Source of the DNA: Vectrevirus T145P2
Length of the DNA: 44,662 bases
Strand: one strand, 5' to 3'
Sequence record: OZ035802.1
In this document: positions 1-8,520 of the stretch, piece by piece
Numbering within the stretch: position 1 is the stretch's first letter
Layout: every line of letters begins with the position of its first letter
Program-made: the position numbers and the translations under genes
Notes under the pieces: generated by a model
Databases searched by the model: none
The model's input: only the letters and a program-made list of their open reading frames with translations
Told to the model about the DNA's origin: nothing

Positions 1-29
1 TAATAAGTTCAAGATTTGGAGGGAGAAGC

Positions 30-329
30 GTGAGCGTACACAATAAACATGCAGCTACAGAGGACGAGGTTGGCATTCTGCATGGTGCTATTACCAAAAT
101 CTTCAATAAGAAAGCACAGGCAATACTGGACACTATAGAAGAAGACCCTGATGCAGCATTACATTTAGTGTCTGGTAAGGATATTGGTGCGATGTGTAAG
201 TGGGTTCTTGATAACGGCATTACCGCCACACCTGCTGCACAGCAGGAAGAGTCCAAGTTATCTAAGCGCCTCAAGGCTATCCGAGAGGCATCCAGTGGTA
301 AGATAATTCAATTCACTAAGGAGGATTGA
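30..329 (+). CDS. putative terminase small subunit (gp18-like)
   Basis: 99-aa ORF with GTG start after GGAGGGAG; stop overlaps start of large terminase; T7-group synteny holin - small terminase - large terminase. No motif-level proof. Confidence 0.5.
   Translation: MSVHNKHAATEDEVGILHGAITKIFNKKAQAILDTIEEDPDAALHLVSGKDIGAMCKWVLDNGITATPAAQQEESKLSKRLKAIREASSGKIIQFTKED
123..145 (+). promoter_or_regulatory. SP6-like phage RNAP promoter embedded in small terminase coding sequence
   Basis: AATACTGGACACTATAGAAGAAG matches the recurrent 23-bp promoter consensus of this genome. Confidence 0.5.
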
Positions 330-2227
330 TGGCTAAGGCAAGAGAATCACAAGCGGAGGCTCTTGCCAGATGGGAGATGCTACAGGAGTTACAGCAGACC
401 TTTCCTTACACAGCGGAAGGTTTGCTTCTCTTTGCAGATACAGTTATTCATAACTTAATTGCAGGCAACCCTCATCTGATTCGTATGCAGGCGGATATCT
501 TGAAGTTCCTATTTTACGGACACAAGTACCGCCTCATCGAAGCGCCTCGTGGTATCGCTAAGACAACACTATCAGCAATCTATACGGTATTCCGTATTAT
601 TCATGAACCGCATAAGCGTATCATGGTTGTGTCCCAAAACGCCAAGCGAGCAGAGGAAATCGCAGGTTGGGTAGTTAAAATCTTCCGTGGCTTAGACTTT
701 CTTGAGTTTATGCTGCCGGATATCTACGCTGGGGACCGTGCATCCGTTAAGGCGTTTGAGATTCATTACACCCTACGTGGTAGTGATAAGTCTCCTTCTG
801 TATCCTGTTACTCAATCGAAGCAGGTATGCAGGGTGCTCGTGCTGATATTATTCTGGCGGATGACGTAGAGTCGATGCAGAATGCTCGTACGGCAGCAGG
901 CCGTGCCTTGCTTGAGGAACTGACTAAGGAATTTGAATCTATCAACCAGTTTGGGGATATCATTTACCTTGGTACACCTCAGAACGTAAACTCTATCTAC
1001 AACAACCTACCTGCTCGTGGTTACTCTGTTCGTATCTGGACTGCGCGTTACCCTTCAGTAGAGCAAGAGCAATGTTATGGCGACTTCCTTGCACCTATGA
1101 TTGTTCAAGATATGAAGGACAACCCAGCACTTCGCTCAGGGTACGGGTTGGATGGTAATAGTGGTGCACCTTGTGCCCCTGAAATGTATGATGATGAAGT
1201 CCTGATTGAGAAGGAAATCTCTCAGGGTGCTGCTAAGTTCCAGCTTCAATTCATGCTTAACACTCGCATGATGGATGCTGACAGATACCCATTACGCCTG
1301 AACAATCTAATCTTCACCTCGTTTGGTACAGAGGAAGTCCCTGTGATGCCTACGTGGAGTAATGATTCCATAAACATCATTGGTGATGCACCTAAGTATG
1401 GTAACAAGCCTACGGATTTCATGTACAGACCTGTAGCTCGCCCATACGAATGGGGTGCTGTCTCCCGCAAGATTATGTATATTGACCCTGCGGGTGGTGG
1501 TAAGAACGGAGATGAGACGGGTGTAGCCATCGTATTCCTGCACGGCACATTCATTTATGTGTATCAGTGCTTTGGTGTACCTGGCGGATACCGAGAGTCG
1601 TCCCTGAATCGCATTGTGCAGGCCGCAAAGCAGGCGGGTGTTAAAGAGGTATTCATTGAGAAGAACTTTGGTCATGGCGCGTTTGAGGCGGTAATTAAGC
1701 CGTACTTTGAACGAGAGTGGCCTGTAACTCTGGAAGAGGATTACGCCACCGGACAGAAAGAGTTGCGTATCATTGAGACGCTGGAGCCGCTCATGGCAGC
1801 CCATAGGCTTATCTTCAATGCAGAGATGGTGAAGTCAGACTTTGAGTCGGTACAGCATTATCCGCTTGAACTACGCATGTCCTACAGTCTTTTCAATCAA
1901 ATGTCGAACATAACGATTGAGAAGAACAGCCTCCGGCACGATGACCGCCTAGACGCCCTGTATGGCGCTATACGGCAATTAACTTCTCAGATAGACTATG
2001 ACGAGGTTACACGGATTAATCGCCTCAGAGCGCAGGAGATGCGCGATTACATCCATGCTATGAACACACCTCATCTACGCAGGGCAATGCTGTATGGAGA
2101 TTACGGTACTGAGCGAAGAGTGACAAACACTTCCGTAGCGATGCAGCAGCGAGTTTACGGGCAGAACTACCGAAATAAATCGGCAAGCAGAAATACACTT
2201 TCTGCAAGGATTTCAAGGACTTATTAA
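326..2227 (+). CDS. terminase large subunit (gp19-like)
   Basis: 633-aa ORF; nuclease-domain segment IDPAGGGKNGDETG resembles T7 gp19 as I recall it; size and position as in T7/SP6 phages. Confidence 0.85.
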   Translation: MMAKARESQAEALARWEMLQELQQTFPYTAEGLLLFADTVIHNLIAGNPHLIRMQADILKFLFYGHKYRLIEAPRGIAKTTLSAIYTVFRIIHEPHKRIMVVSQNAKRAEEIAGWVVKIFRGLDFLEFMLPDIYAGDRASVKAFEIHYTLRGSDKSPSVSCYSIEAGMQGARADIILADDVESMQNARTAAGRALLEELTKEFESINQFGDIIYLGTPQNVNSIYNNLPARGYSVRIWTARYPSVEQEQCYGDFLAPMIVQDMKDNPALRSGYGLDGNSGAPCAPEMYDDEVLIEKEISQGAAKFQLQFMLNTRMMDADRYPLRLNNLIFTSFGTEEVPVMPTWSNDSINIIGDAPKYGNKPTDFMYRPVARPYEWGAVSRKIMYIDPAGGGKNGDETGVAIVFLHGTFIYVYQCFGVPGGYRESSLNRIVQAAKQAGVKEVFIEKNFGHGAFEAVIKPYFEREWPVTLEEDYATGQKELRIIETLEPLMAAHRLIFNAEMVKSDFESVQHYPLELRMSYSLFNQMSNITIEKNSLRHDDRLDALYGAIRQLTSQIDYDEVTRINRLRAQEMRDYIHAMNTPHLRRAMLYGDYGTERRVTNTSVAMQQRVYGQNYRNKSASRNTLSARISRTY

Positions 2228-2250
2228 TTACTGGACACTATAGAAGGAAG
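2227..2250 (+). promoter_or_regulatory. SP6-like phage promoter
   Basis: ATTACTGGACACTATAGAAGGAAG immediately after terminase stop. Confidence 0.6.
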
Positions 2251-2383
2251 GCCCAGATAATAAGATAAATAATAGGTAATATATAGGTTAACCTAGGTTA
2301 TATAGGTATGCCTTAGTATGGGTGTACTCCTGTACACCCTATTCCTTACTTCCTTACTATATTTACATAATAGGAGAGAGACA

Positions 2384-2662
2384 ATGGCTAATGATTATAG
2401 TAGTCAACCATTAACAGGTAAGTCTAAGAGAAAGCAGGTACAACCTGTAAGTGAAGAACTAATGCTTCCGGTAATCCCAAAAGAGGAAGCTAGTAAGAAA
2501 AGCAATGTTGTTAATGATGCCACCAAATCAGGTAAACAGAAAGGGGCCATGGTGTGCCTTGAAGTGGACGGTGGTGTATTGAAGATTGCTATCGCGGTTG
2601 ATGGCAAAGAAGATTCAGAGTGGAAGTTAGTAACAGTGGAAACCCCTGTTACCCCAGTTTAA
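2384..2662 (+). CDS. hypothetical small protein, paralog A
   Basis: ATG after TAGGAGAGAG RBS; 92 aa; shares SGKQKGAMVxLE core and C-terminal VTP with the next ORF. Confidence 0.5.
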   Translation: MANDYSSQPLTGKSKRKQVQPVSEELMLPVIPKEEASKKSNVVNDATKSGKQKGAMVCLEVDGGVLKIAIAVDGKEDSEWKLVTVETPVTPV

Positions 2663-2679
2663 GAGAAGGAGGAGATTAC

Positions 2680-2967
2680 ATGGCTAAATATGGTGAAGGT
2701 TCTGTTACTGGTCAAGCTTTTCGAGTAAAAGCAGTACAAACTATTGCAACGGCAATTCCTATGCCTGTTGTTAAGGAAGCAGACCTTAAGAAGAAAGACC
2801 ACCCTATCAACATCAAACATTTATCAGGTAAACAGAAAGGTGCAATGGTTGCTCTTGAGAAAACTGACACAACCATGCATATTGCTGTTGCACGTGGCAG
2901 TGAACCAACAGACCCTTGGGATGTAACTGGTATGGAAATGGACGCTGTTACTCCAGCAGGGGATTAA
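2680..2967 (+). CDS. hypothetical small protein, paralog B
   Basis: ATG after AGAAGGAGGAG RBS; 95 aa; paralogous to 2384..2662. Confidence 0.5.
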   Translation: MAKYGEGSVTGQAFRVKAVQTIATAIPMPVVKEADLKKKDHPINIKHLSGKQKGAMVALEKTDTTMHIAVARGSEPTDPWDVTGMEMDAVTPAGD

Positions 2968-2969
2968 TA

Positions 2970-3314
2970 ATGCTTAACAAATACTTCAAGCGTAAAGAGT
3001 TCGCTTGCCGTTGTGGGTGCGGTACATCCACTGTTGATGCTGAATTACTGCAGGTAGTCACAGATGTGCGTGAGCACTTTGGTTCTCCTGTAGTTATCAC
3101 TTCGGGGCATCGCTGTGCTAAGCACAATGCTAATGTAGGAGGAGCTAAGAACTCCATGCATCTTACTGGTAAGGCTGCTGACATTAAAGTGTCTGGCATA
3201 TTGCCTTCTGAAGTGCATAAGTATCTTACTAGCAAATACCAAGGCAAGTATGGTATCGGTAAGTATAACTCCTTCACTCACATCGATGTACGGGATGGTT
3301 GTGCGCGATGGTAA
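2970..3314 (+). CDS. putative peptidoglycan hydrolase, peptidase M15-like (endolysin candidate)
   Basis: N-terminal KEFACRCGCG motif and SGHRCxxHN...HLxGxAAD...HID zinc-ligand pattern typical of the M15 (PF08291-like) family; ~114 aa; TAATAATG overlap with upstream gene. Confidence 0.6.
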   Translation: MLNKYFKRKEFACRCGCGTSTVDAELLQVVTDVREHFGSPVVITSGHRCAKHNANVGGAKNSMHLTGKAADIKVSGILPSEVHKYLTSKYQGKYGIGKYNSFTHIDVRDGCARW

Positions 3315-3439
3315 GATGTGTTGAATGGTGTGAGCGTATGGTTGCCCAAGCTGCCGAGGATGGCAACTATGATGACTGGAAGAACTACTCTGACTTGTTA
3401 GCTCAATGGAAAGGGAGATGCAATGAAAAAGCTGTTTAA
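3308..3439 (+). CDS. hypothetical small Cys-containing ORF (43 aa)
   Basis: ATGGTAA overlap with endolysin stop; below ORF-track size cut-off; weak. Confidence 0.25.
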   Translation: MVRCVEWCERMVAQAAEDGNYDDWKNYSDLLAQWKGRCNEKAV

Positions 3440-3572
3440 GTCTAAGAAGGTTGTAGGTGCACTGGTTGCACTTGTTATTGCTCTTGTTTCTGTAGGTCTT
3501 GGTGTAGACCTTGGCTCTGGCACGGAATCCTCTGTGACAGATGTGGTCTGCCAAGTGATTACCTGTGAATAA
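3423..3572 (+). CDS. small single-TMD protein (49 aa), holin/antiholin-like or N-terminal part of a spanin
   Basis: MKKLFKSKK then hydrophobic VVGALVALVIALVSVGLGV; inside lysis cassette. Confidence 0.35.
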   Translation: MKKLFKSKKVVGALVALVIALVSVGLGVDLGSGTESSVTDVVCQVITCE

Positions 3573-3786
3573 GTTCCTAGAAGTGCTGGCAGGTCTTATT
3601 GGCCTGCTTGTCTCTGCTAAGAAGAAACAAGAAGAGAAGGAGGCACAAAGTGAAGCGAATCATGCTAGCGACAATCCTGCTGATTGGTTCGCTGACCACT
3701 TCCGGGTGTCAGCAGGCGTTACCAGAGAAGGCAATGGTGAAACCTCTGAGGCCGACGCTGACGGCAGTTTACGAGGTGGACGATAA
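3565..3786 (+). CDS. candidate i-spanin-like ORF (short, atypical)
   Basis: GTG start; hydrophobic N-terminus FLEVLAGLIGLLVSA; overlaps the lipoprotein ORF in another frame. Confidence 0.3.
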   Translation: MNKFLEVLAGLIGLLVSAKKKQEEKEAQSEANHASDNPADWFADHFRVSAGVTREGNGETSEADADGSLRGGR

Positions 3787-3859
3787 GGTCTGCTTTAGTA
3801 AGCCTGACGCTACAAAATTAGGTTTGTATATTCTTTCGCTAGAACGCGGGTATAATTAA
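3650..3859 (+). CDS. candidate o-spanin (outer membrane lipoprotein, Rz1-like)
   Basis: AAGGAGG then GTG; signal peptide MKRIMLATILLIGSLTTSGC with lipobox Cys; Pro-rich mature part; starts inside the 3565..3786 ORF. Confidence 0.5.
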   Translation: MKRIMLATILLIGSLTTSGCQQALPEKAMVKPLRPTLTAVYEVDDKVCFSKPDATKLGLYILSLERGYN

Positions 3860-3888
3860 TACATAGTTTTATGTATCAGTGTCTTACG

Positions 3889-3913
3889 ATTTACTGGACA
3901 CTATAGAAGAGAT
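3889..3913 (+). promoter_or_regulatory. SP6-like phage promoter upstream of tailspike genes
   Basis: ATTTACTGGACACTATAGAAGAGAT. Confidence 0.6.
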
Positions 3914-3990
3914 AAGATAGTGCCGTTCTTTTGAGCGGCCTATTACTAGCCAATCTTCATAGGGAGGGTTGGGAAGTAATAGGAGGTCTA

Positions 3991-5430
3991 ATGGCTAAAA
4001 TTACCAAACCTGTCACAACTGGTATTATACATGAAGGTGGATTGCTGTCAGATTATCTAAAACAAGCATGGGATAACACCTTACACGCTGATAACTACTT
4101 TGTTAGTGTTAAAGATTTTGGTGCTAAGGGTGATGGCTCTGCCGATGATACTGCTGCATTCAAAGCTGCACTTGCTTCTGGTAAGAACGTGTATATCCCT
4201 GTAGGTATTTATATAATTAGTGAGACTTTGTATTTTAAGAATCAGGTTATAAAAGGTGGCGGCATAGCACCTGTCCCTAGTCTTGGTACAATCCTTGCAA
4301 TTTCACACAATGAGCCTGCATGGAAATATGATGAAAGCGCAGGTTACTCTATGGGTGGTTATTTAGGTGGGTTCTTCATAGATTATGGAGAGAACAAACC
4401 AGATAACTATGCAGGCAGAAAAGGCATAGATCTAGGTGATGACGACCAACAAGCATGGCCTTCTCAATTTATCATTGAGAACATCATTGTCCGTGGTGCA
4501 TACTTTGGTTTGCATGATGAAACAGGAGCATTCCAATACTCAATGCGCAATGTGGTTGCTATCAATTGCTGGGAGGGGTTCCGTAAGTTCACTGGAACTA
4601 CAGTCCTTATGGATACATGCTATGCGCTTAATTGCTATCAAGCATATAGACTGGCTAATGTTTATAATATGACAATGAATAACTGCGCCATGGATGGATG
4701 TAATGATATCCAAGGTTTACAGGCATTTGATATTACAAACTGCAAAGGTCTTGTGATAAATGGCATGTATAGTGAGAATTGTGAGATCCATCATAGCGGT
4801 AATGCTTCTATATTTATTCATGGAGATTCTACAGTAACAATCAACGGTTATGCCTTACACTCGCATAATGTCGTTGTTGATCCAGCATCTGGAAGTGAAG
4901 AAGCATACTTTCTTAGAGCGCACGACAGCTCTAGGGTCAATGTAGATGGAATCTTCTTCGGTGAGAACCTTAAATCTACTAGTATCTTCACCTACCCAAT
5001 TATGGCCTCTGGTGAGTCTAGAATTAAGCTAGGAACTACAGCACTTAAGGCATGGGTCGGTGCTAAGGGTGGTGCATCTATGGCTGCTGTTGGAGATAGT
5101 CTCATTGAATATGACAATACCGTATTTAACCCATCACTTACTGTAGGTTGGTGCAGTAATAATGGTGTTGTAGCTAAAGGGACACTAGTTGTAAACACAA
5201 CATTAGAACCTAATGCAGATTTAAATGCAGGAACTATACAATTAGTTGGTGACTATAAACCAAATAAAGGTGATGTTCTTACATATGGTTCTACTTTCGA
5301 TGTTCAATCATGTGCTATTATTCTGAAGCCACAAGGTGATAATAGTTGTAATGTTTACATTAAAAATCTAAGTGCAGGTAGTAGTGTTACACTTAACGGA
5401 ATATTGCACGTACAGGCAATTCGTAGGTAA
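3991..5430 (+). CDS. tailspike 1, right-handed beta-helix pectate-lyase-like depolymerase
   Basis: ATG after TAGGAGG; N-terminal VSVKDFGAKGDGSADDTAAFKAA motif typical of pectate-lyase-fold tailspikes; repetitive N/G/T-rich beta-helix composition. Confidence 0.7.
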   Translation: MAKITKPVTTGIIHEGGLLSDYLKQAWDNTLHADNYFVSVKDFGAKGDGSADDTAAFKAALASGKNVYIPVGIYIISETLYFKNQVIKGGGIAPVPSLGTILAISHNEPAWKYDESAGYSMGGYLGGFFIDYGENKPDNYAGRKGIDLGDDDQQAWPSQFIIENIIVRGAYFGLHDETGAFQYSMRNVVAINCWEGFRKFTGTTVLMDTCYALNCYQAYRLANVYNMTMNNCAMDGCNDIQGLQAFDITNCKGLVINGMYSENCEIHHSGNASIFIHGDSTVTINGYALHSHNVVVDPASGSEEAYFLRAHDSSRVNVDGIFFGENLKSTSIFTYPIMASGESRIKLGTTALKAWVGAKGGASMAAVGDSLIEYDNTVFNPSLTVGWCSNNGVVAKGTLVVNTTLEPNADLNAGTIQLVGDYKPNKGDVLTYGSTFDVQSCAIILKPQGDNSCNVYIKNLSAGSSVTLNGILHVQAIRR

Positions 5431-5436
5431 TCACAG

Positions 5437-5460
5437 GCAGTGCGTAAGCACTGCTTTTCG
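5437..5460 (+). terminator. stem-loop with T-run between the two tailspike genes
   Basis: GCAGTGC-GTAA-GCACTGC perfect 7-bp stem followed by TTTTCG. Confidence 0.35.
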
Positions 5461-5514
5461 CGCAACTTTTCTTAAAGGTTATCATGATGGTAGCCTTTCA
5501 GAAAAGGAGGTTAC

Positions 5515-7950
5515 ATGATTCAAAGACTAGGTTCTTCATTAGTTAAATTCAAGAGTAAAATAGCAGGTGCAATCTGGCGTAACTTGGATGACAAGCTCAC
5601 CGAGGTTGTATCGCTTAAAGATTTTGGAGCCAAAGGTGATGGTAAGACAAACGACCAAGATGCAGTAAATGCAGCGATGGCTTCAGGTAAGAGAATTGAC
5701 GGTGCTGGTGCTACTTACAAAGTATCATCTTTACCTGATATGGAGCGATTCTATAACACCCGCTTCGTATGGGAACGTTTAGCAGGTCAACCTCTTTACT
5801 ATGTGAGTAAAGGTTTTATCAATGGTGAACTCTATAAAATCACGGATAACCCTTATTACAATGCTTGGCCTCAAGACAAAGCGTTTGTATATGAGAATGT
5901 GATATATGCACCCTACATGGGTAGCGACCGTCATGGCGTTAGTCGTCTGCATGTATCATGGGTTAAGTCTGGTGACGATGGTCAAACATGGTCTACTCCA
6001 GAGTGGCTAACTGATCTGCATCCAGATTACCCTACAGTGAACTATCATTGTATGAGTATGGGTGTATGTCGCAACCGTCTGTTTGCCATGATTGAAACAC
6101 GTACTTTAGCCAAGAACGCACTAACCAATTGTGCATTGTGGGATCGCCCTATGTCTCGTAGTCTGCATCTTACTGGTGGTATCACTAAGGCTGCAAATCA
6201 GAGATATGCAACAATCCATGTACCTGATCACGGACTATTCGTGGGCGATTTTGTTAACTTCTCTAATTCTGCGGTAACAGGTGTATCAGGTGATATGACT
6301 GTTGCAACGGTAATAGATAAGGACAACTTCACGGTTCTTACACCTAACCAGCAGACTTCAGATTTGAATAACGCTGGAAAGAGTTGGCACATGGGTACTT
6401 CTTTCCATAAGTCTCCATGGCGTAAGACAGATCTTGGTCTAATCCCTAGTGTCACAGAGGTGCATAGCTTTGCTACTATTGATAACAATGGCTTTGTTAT
6501 GGGCTATCATCAAGGTGATGTAGCTCCACGAGAAGTTGGTCTTTTCTACTTCCCTGATGCTTTCAATAGCCCATCTAATTATGTTCGTCGTCAGATACCA
6601 GCTGAGTATGAACCAGATGCGGCAGAGCCATGCATCAAGTACTATGACGGTGTATTATACCTTATCACTCGTGGTACTCGTGGCGACCGACTAGGAAGCT
6701 CTTTGCATCGTAGTAGAGATATAGGTCAGACTTGGGAGTCACTGAGATTTCCACATAATGTTCATCATACTACCTTACCTTTTGCTAAAGTAGGAGATGA
6801 CCTTATTATGTTTGGTTCAGAACGTGCAGAAAATGAATGGGAAGCAGGTGCACCAGATGATCGTTACAAGGCATCTTATCCTCGTACCTTCTATGCACGA
6901 TTGAATGTAAACAATTGGAATGCAGATGATATTGAATGGGTTAACATCACAGACCAAATCTATCAAGGTGACATTGTGAACTCTAGTGTAGGTGTAGGTT
7001 CTGTTGTAGTTAAAGACAGCTACATTTACTATATCTTTGGTGGTGAAAACCATTTCAACCCAATGACTTATGGTGACAACAAAGATAAAGACCCATTTAA
7101 AGGTCATGGACACCCTACTGATATATACTGCTATAAGATGCAGATTGCAAATGACAATCGTGTATCTCGTAAGTTTACATATGGTGCAACTCCTGGTCAG
7201 GCTATACCTACTTTCATGGGTACTGATGGAATACGAAATATCCCTGCACCTTTGTATTTCTCAGATAACATTGTTACAGAGGATACTAAAGTTGGACACT
7301 TAACACTTAAAGCAAGCACAAGTTCCAATATACGATCTGAAGTGCAGATGGAAGGTGAATATGGCTTTATTGGCAAGTCTGTTCCAAAGGACAACCCAAC
7401 TGGTCAACGTTTGATTATTTGTGGTGGAGAAGAGACTTCGTCATCTTCAGGTGCACAGATAACTTTGCACGGCTCTAATTCAAGTAATGCTAAGCGTATC
7501 ACTTATAACGGAAATGAGCACCTATTCCAAGGTGCACCAATCATGCCTGCTGTAGATAACCAGTTTGCTGCTGGTGGACCTAGTAACCGATTCACTACCA
7601 TCTACCTAGGTAGTGACCCTGTTACAACTTCAGATGCTGACCACAAGTACGGTATCTCTGGTATTAATACCAAGGTGTTAAAGGCTTGGAGCAGGGTTGG
7701 TTTTAAACAGTATGGTTTGAATAGTGAAGCAGAGAGGAATCTTGATAGCATACACTTCGGTGTCTTGGCTCAGGATATTGTAGCTGCTTTTGAAGCTGAA
7801 GGATTGGATGCCATTAAGTATGGAATTGTGTCCTTCGAAGAAGGTAGGTACGGTGTGAGATATAGTGAAGTTCTAATCCTAGAGGCTGCCTACACTCGCC
7901 ATCGTCTTGATAAATTAGAGGAGATGTATGCCGCTAATAAAATCAGTTAA
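5515..7950 (+). CDS. tailspike 2, endosialidase-like with C-terminal intramolecular chaperone domain
   Basis: 811 aa; two sialidase Asp-boxes (SGDDGQTW, SRDIGQTW); last ~105 aa resemble the autocleaving chaperone domain of endosialidases with SDADHK Ser-Lys motif; N-terminal SLKDFGAKGDG. Confidence 0.8.
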   Translation: MIQRLGSSLVKFKSKIAGAIWRNLDDKLTEVVSLKDFGAKGDGKTNDQDAVNAAMASGKRIDGAGATYKVSSLPDMERFYNTRFVWERLAGQPLYYVSKGFINGELYKITDNPYYNAWPQDKAFVYENVIYAPYMGSDRHGVSRLHVSWVKSGDDGQTWSTPEWLTDLHPDYPTVNYHCMSMGVCRNRLFAMIETRTLAKNALTNCALWDRPMSRSLHLTGGITKAANQRYATIHVPDHGLFVGDFVNFSNSAVTGVSGDMTVATVIDKDNFTVLTPNQQTSDLNNAGKSWHMGTSFHKSPWRKTDLGLIPSVTEVHSFATIDNNGFVMGYHQGDVAPREVGLFYFPDAFNSPSNYVRRQIPAEYEPDAAEPCIKYYDGVLYLITRGTRGDRLGSSLHRSRDIGQTWESLRFPHNVHHTTLPFAKVGDDLIMFGSERAENEWEAGAPDDRYKASYPRTFYARLNVNNWNADDIEWVNITDQIYQGDIVNSSVGVGSVVVKDSYIYYIFGGENHFNPMTYGDNKDKDPFKGHGHPTDIYCYKMQIANDNRVSRKFTYGATPGQAIPTFMGTDGIRNIPAPLYFSDNIVTEDTKVGHLTLKASTSSNIRSEVQMEGEYGFIGKSVPKDNPTGQRLIICGGEETSSSSGAQITLHGSNSSNAKRITYNGNEHLFQGAPIMPAVDNQFAAGGPSNRFTTIYLGSDPVTTSDADHKYGISGINTKVLKAWSRVGFKQYGLNSEAERNLDSIHFGVLAQDIVAAFEAEGLDAIKYGIVSFEEGRYGVRYSEVLILEAAYTRHRLDKLEEMYAANKIS

Positions 7951-8077
7951 GCAAGCTGCTGTACGCCAGAACGCAGAAGAACTTATTCAATCAGGACGTG
8001 ACCCTAAGCAGGCATACGCCATTGCCAAGGATGTACAACGTCGTGCCTTGAAGAAACCTTCTGCATCTTCTGCTTAA
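7928..8077 (+). CDS. hypothetical small basic ORF (49 aa) at right end
   Basis: ATG overlapping tailspike 3' end in another frame; no clear RBS. Confidence 0.2.
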   Translation: MPLIKSVKQAAVRQNAEELIQSGRDPKQAYAIAKDVQRRALKKPSASSA

Positions 8078-8283
8078 GCAGGTTAATATCTTAGTGTACA
8101 CAAGGGCAGACCTAGGTTTGCTCTTAGTGCCATCAAAGGAGGGTGTAGGTATGTTATCTTTGTTGTGTATACTCAGTGATGTCCTAGGTCGTAAGAGGTA
8201 CATTCTTAGTGAAGACCAAATAAGGGACGAGAAGATACGGAGGTCGCTCACAAAGTAACCAAAGTCAAAATTTTGATATAGGC

Positions 8284-8520
8284 GTGTGTGAGGTGTCTCG
8301 CCCTCGCCCTCGCCGGATTTCCCCCATATGGGGCCGCGCTGCGGTTGGCTTGGGAATTGGGCTGGGCTGGTCCGTCTTCGACGGGTGGCCTAGGGCTTGC
8401 CGAGGTCTGCTCTTAGTGGCTGCACAAGGAGAACGCCTAGGAAGCGCTAGGGCACGCCTTAGTATTGGACAAGGTGATTGCCTTAGTGCAACCGCTTAGG
8501 GCTTACACAGGCCGTTTTAG
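8284..8520. other. GC-rich island with CTCGCC x3 and CCCCCATATGGGG palindrome (terminal-repeat candidate)
   Basis: GC content visibly above genome background; T7 carries a similar CCCCCATAGGGGG near its left end as I recall. Confidence 0.4.

Noticed and set aside
4436-4672. 78-aa same-strand ORF inside tailspike 1 in another frame (similarly 2744..2926, 7070..7303, 19800..20255, 31155..31364)
   Set aside because: Fully embedded in strongly supported genes, no RBS, and compositionally consistent with frame-shifted reading of the host gene.
8284-8499. 71-aa + strand ORF in the GC-rich island
   Set aside because: No RBS, Arg/Gly/Pro/Leu-rich translation driven by GC content, and it sits in the presumed terminal repeat; treated as a non-coding DNA element.
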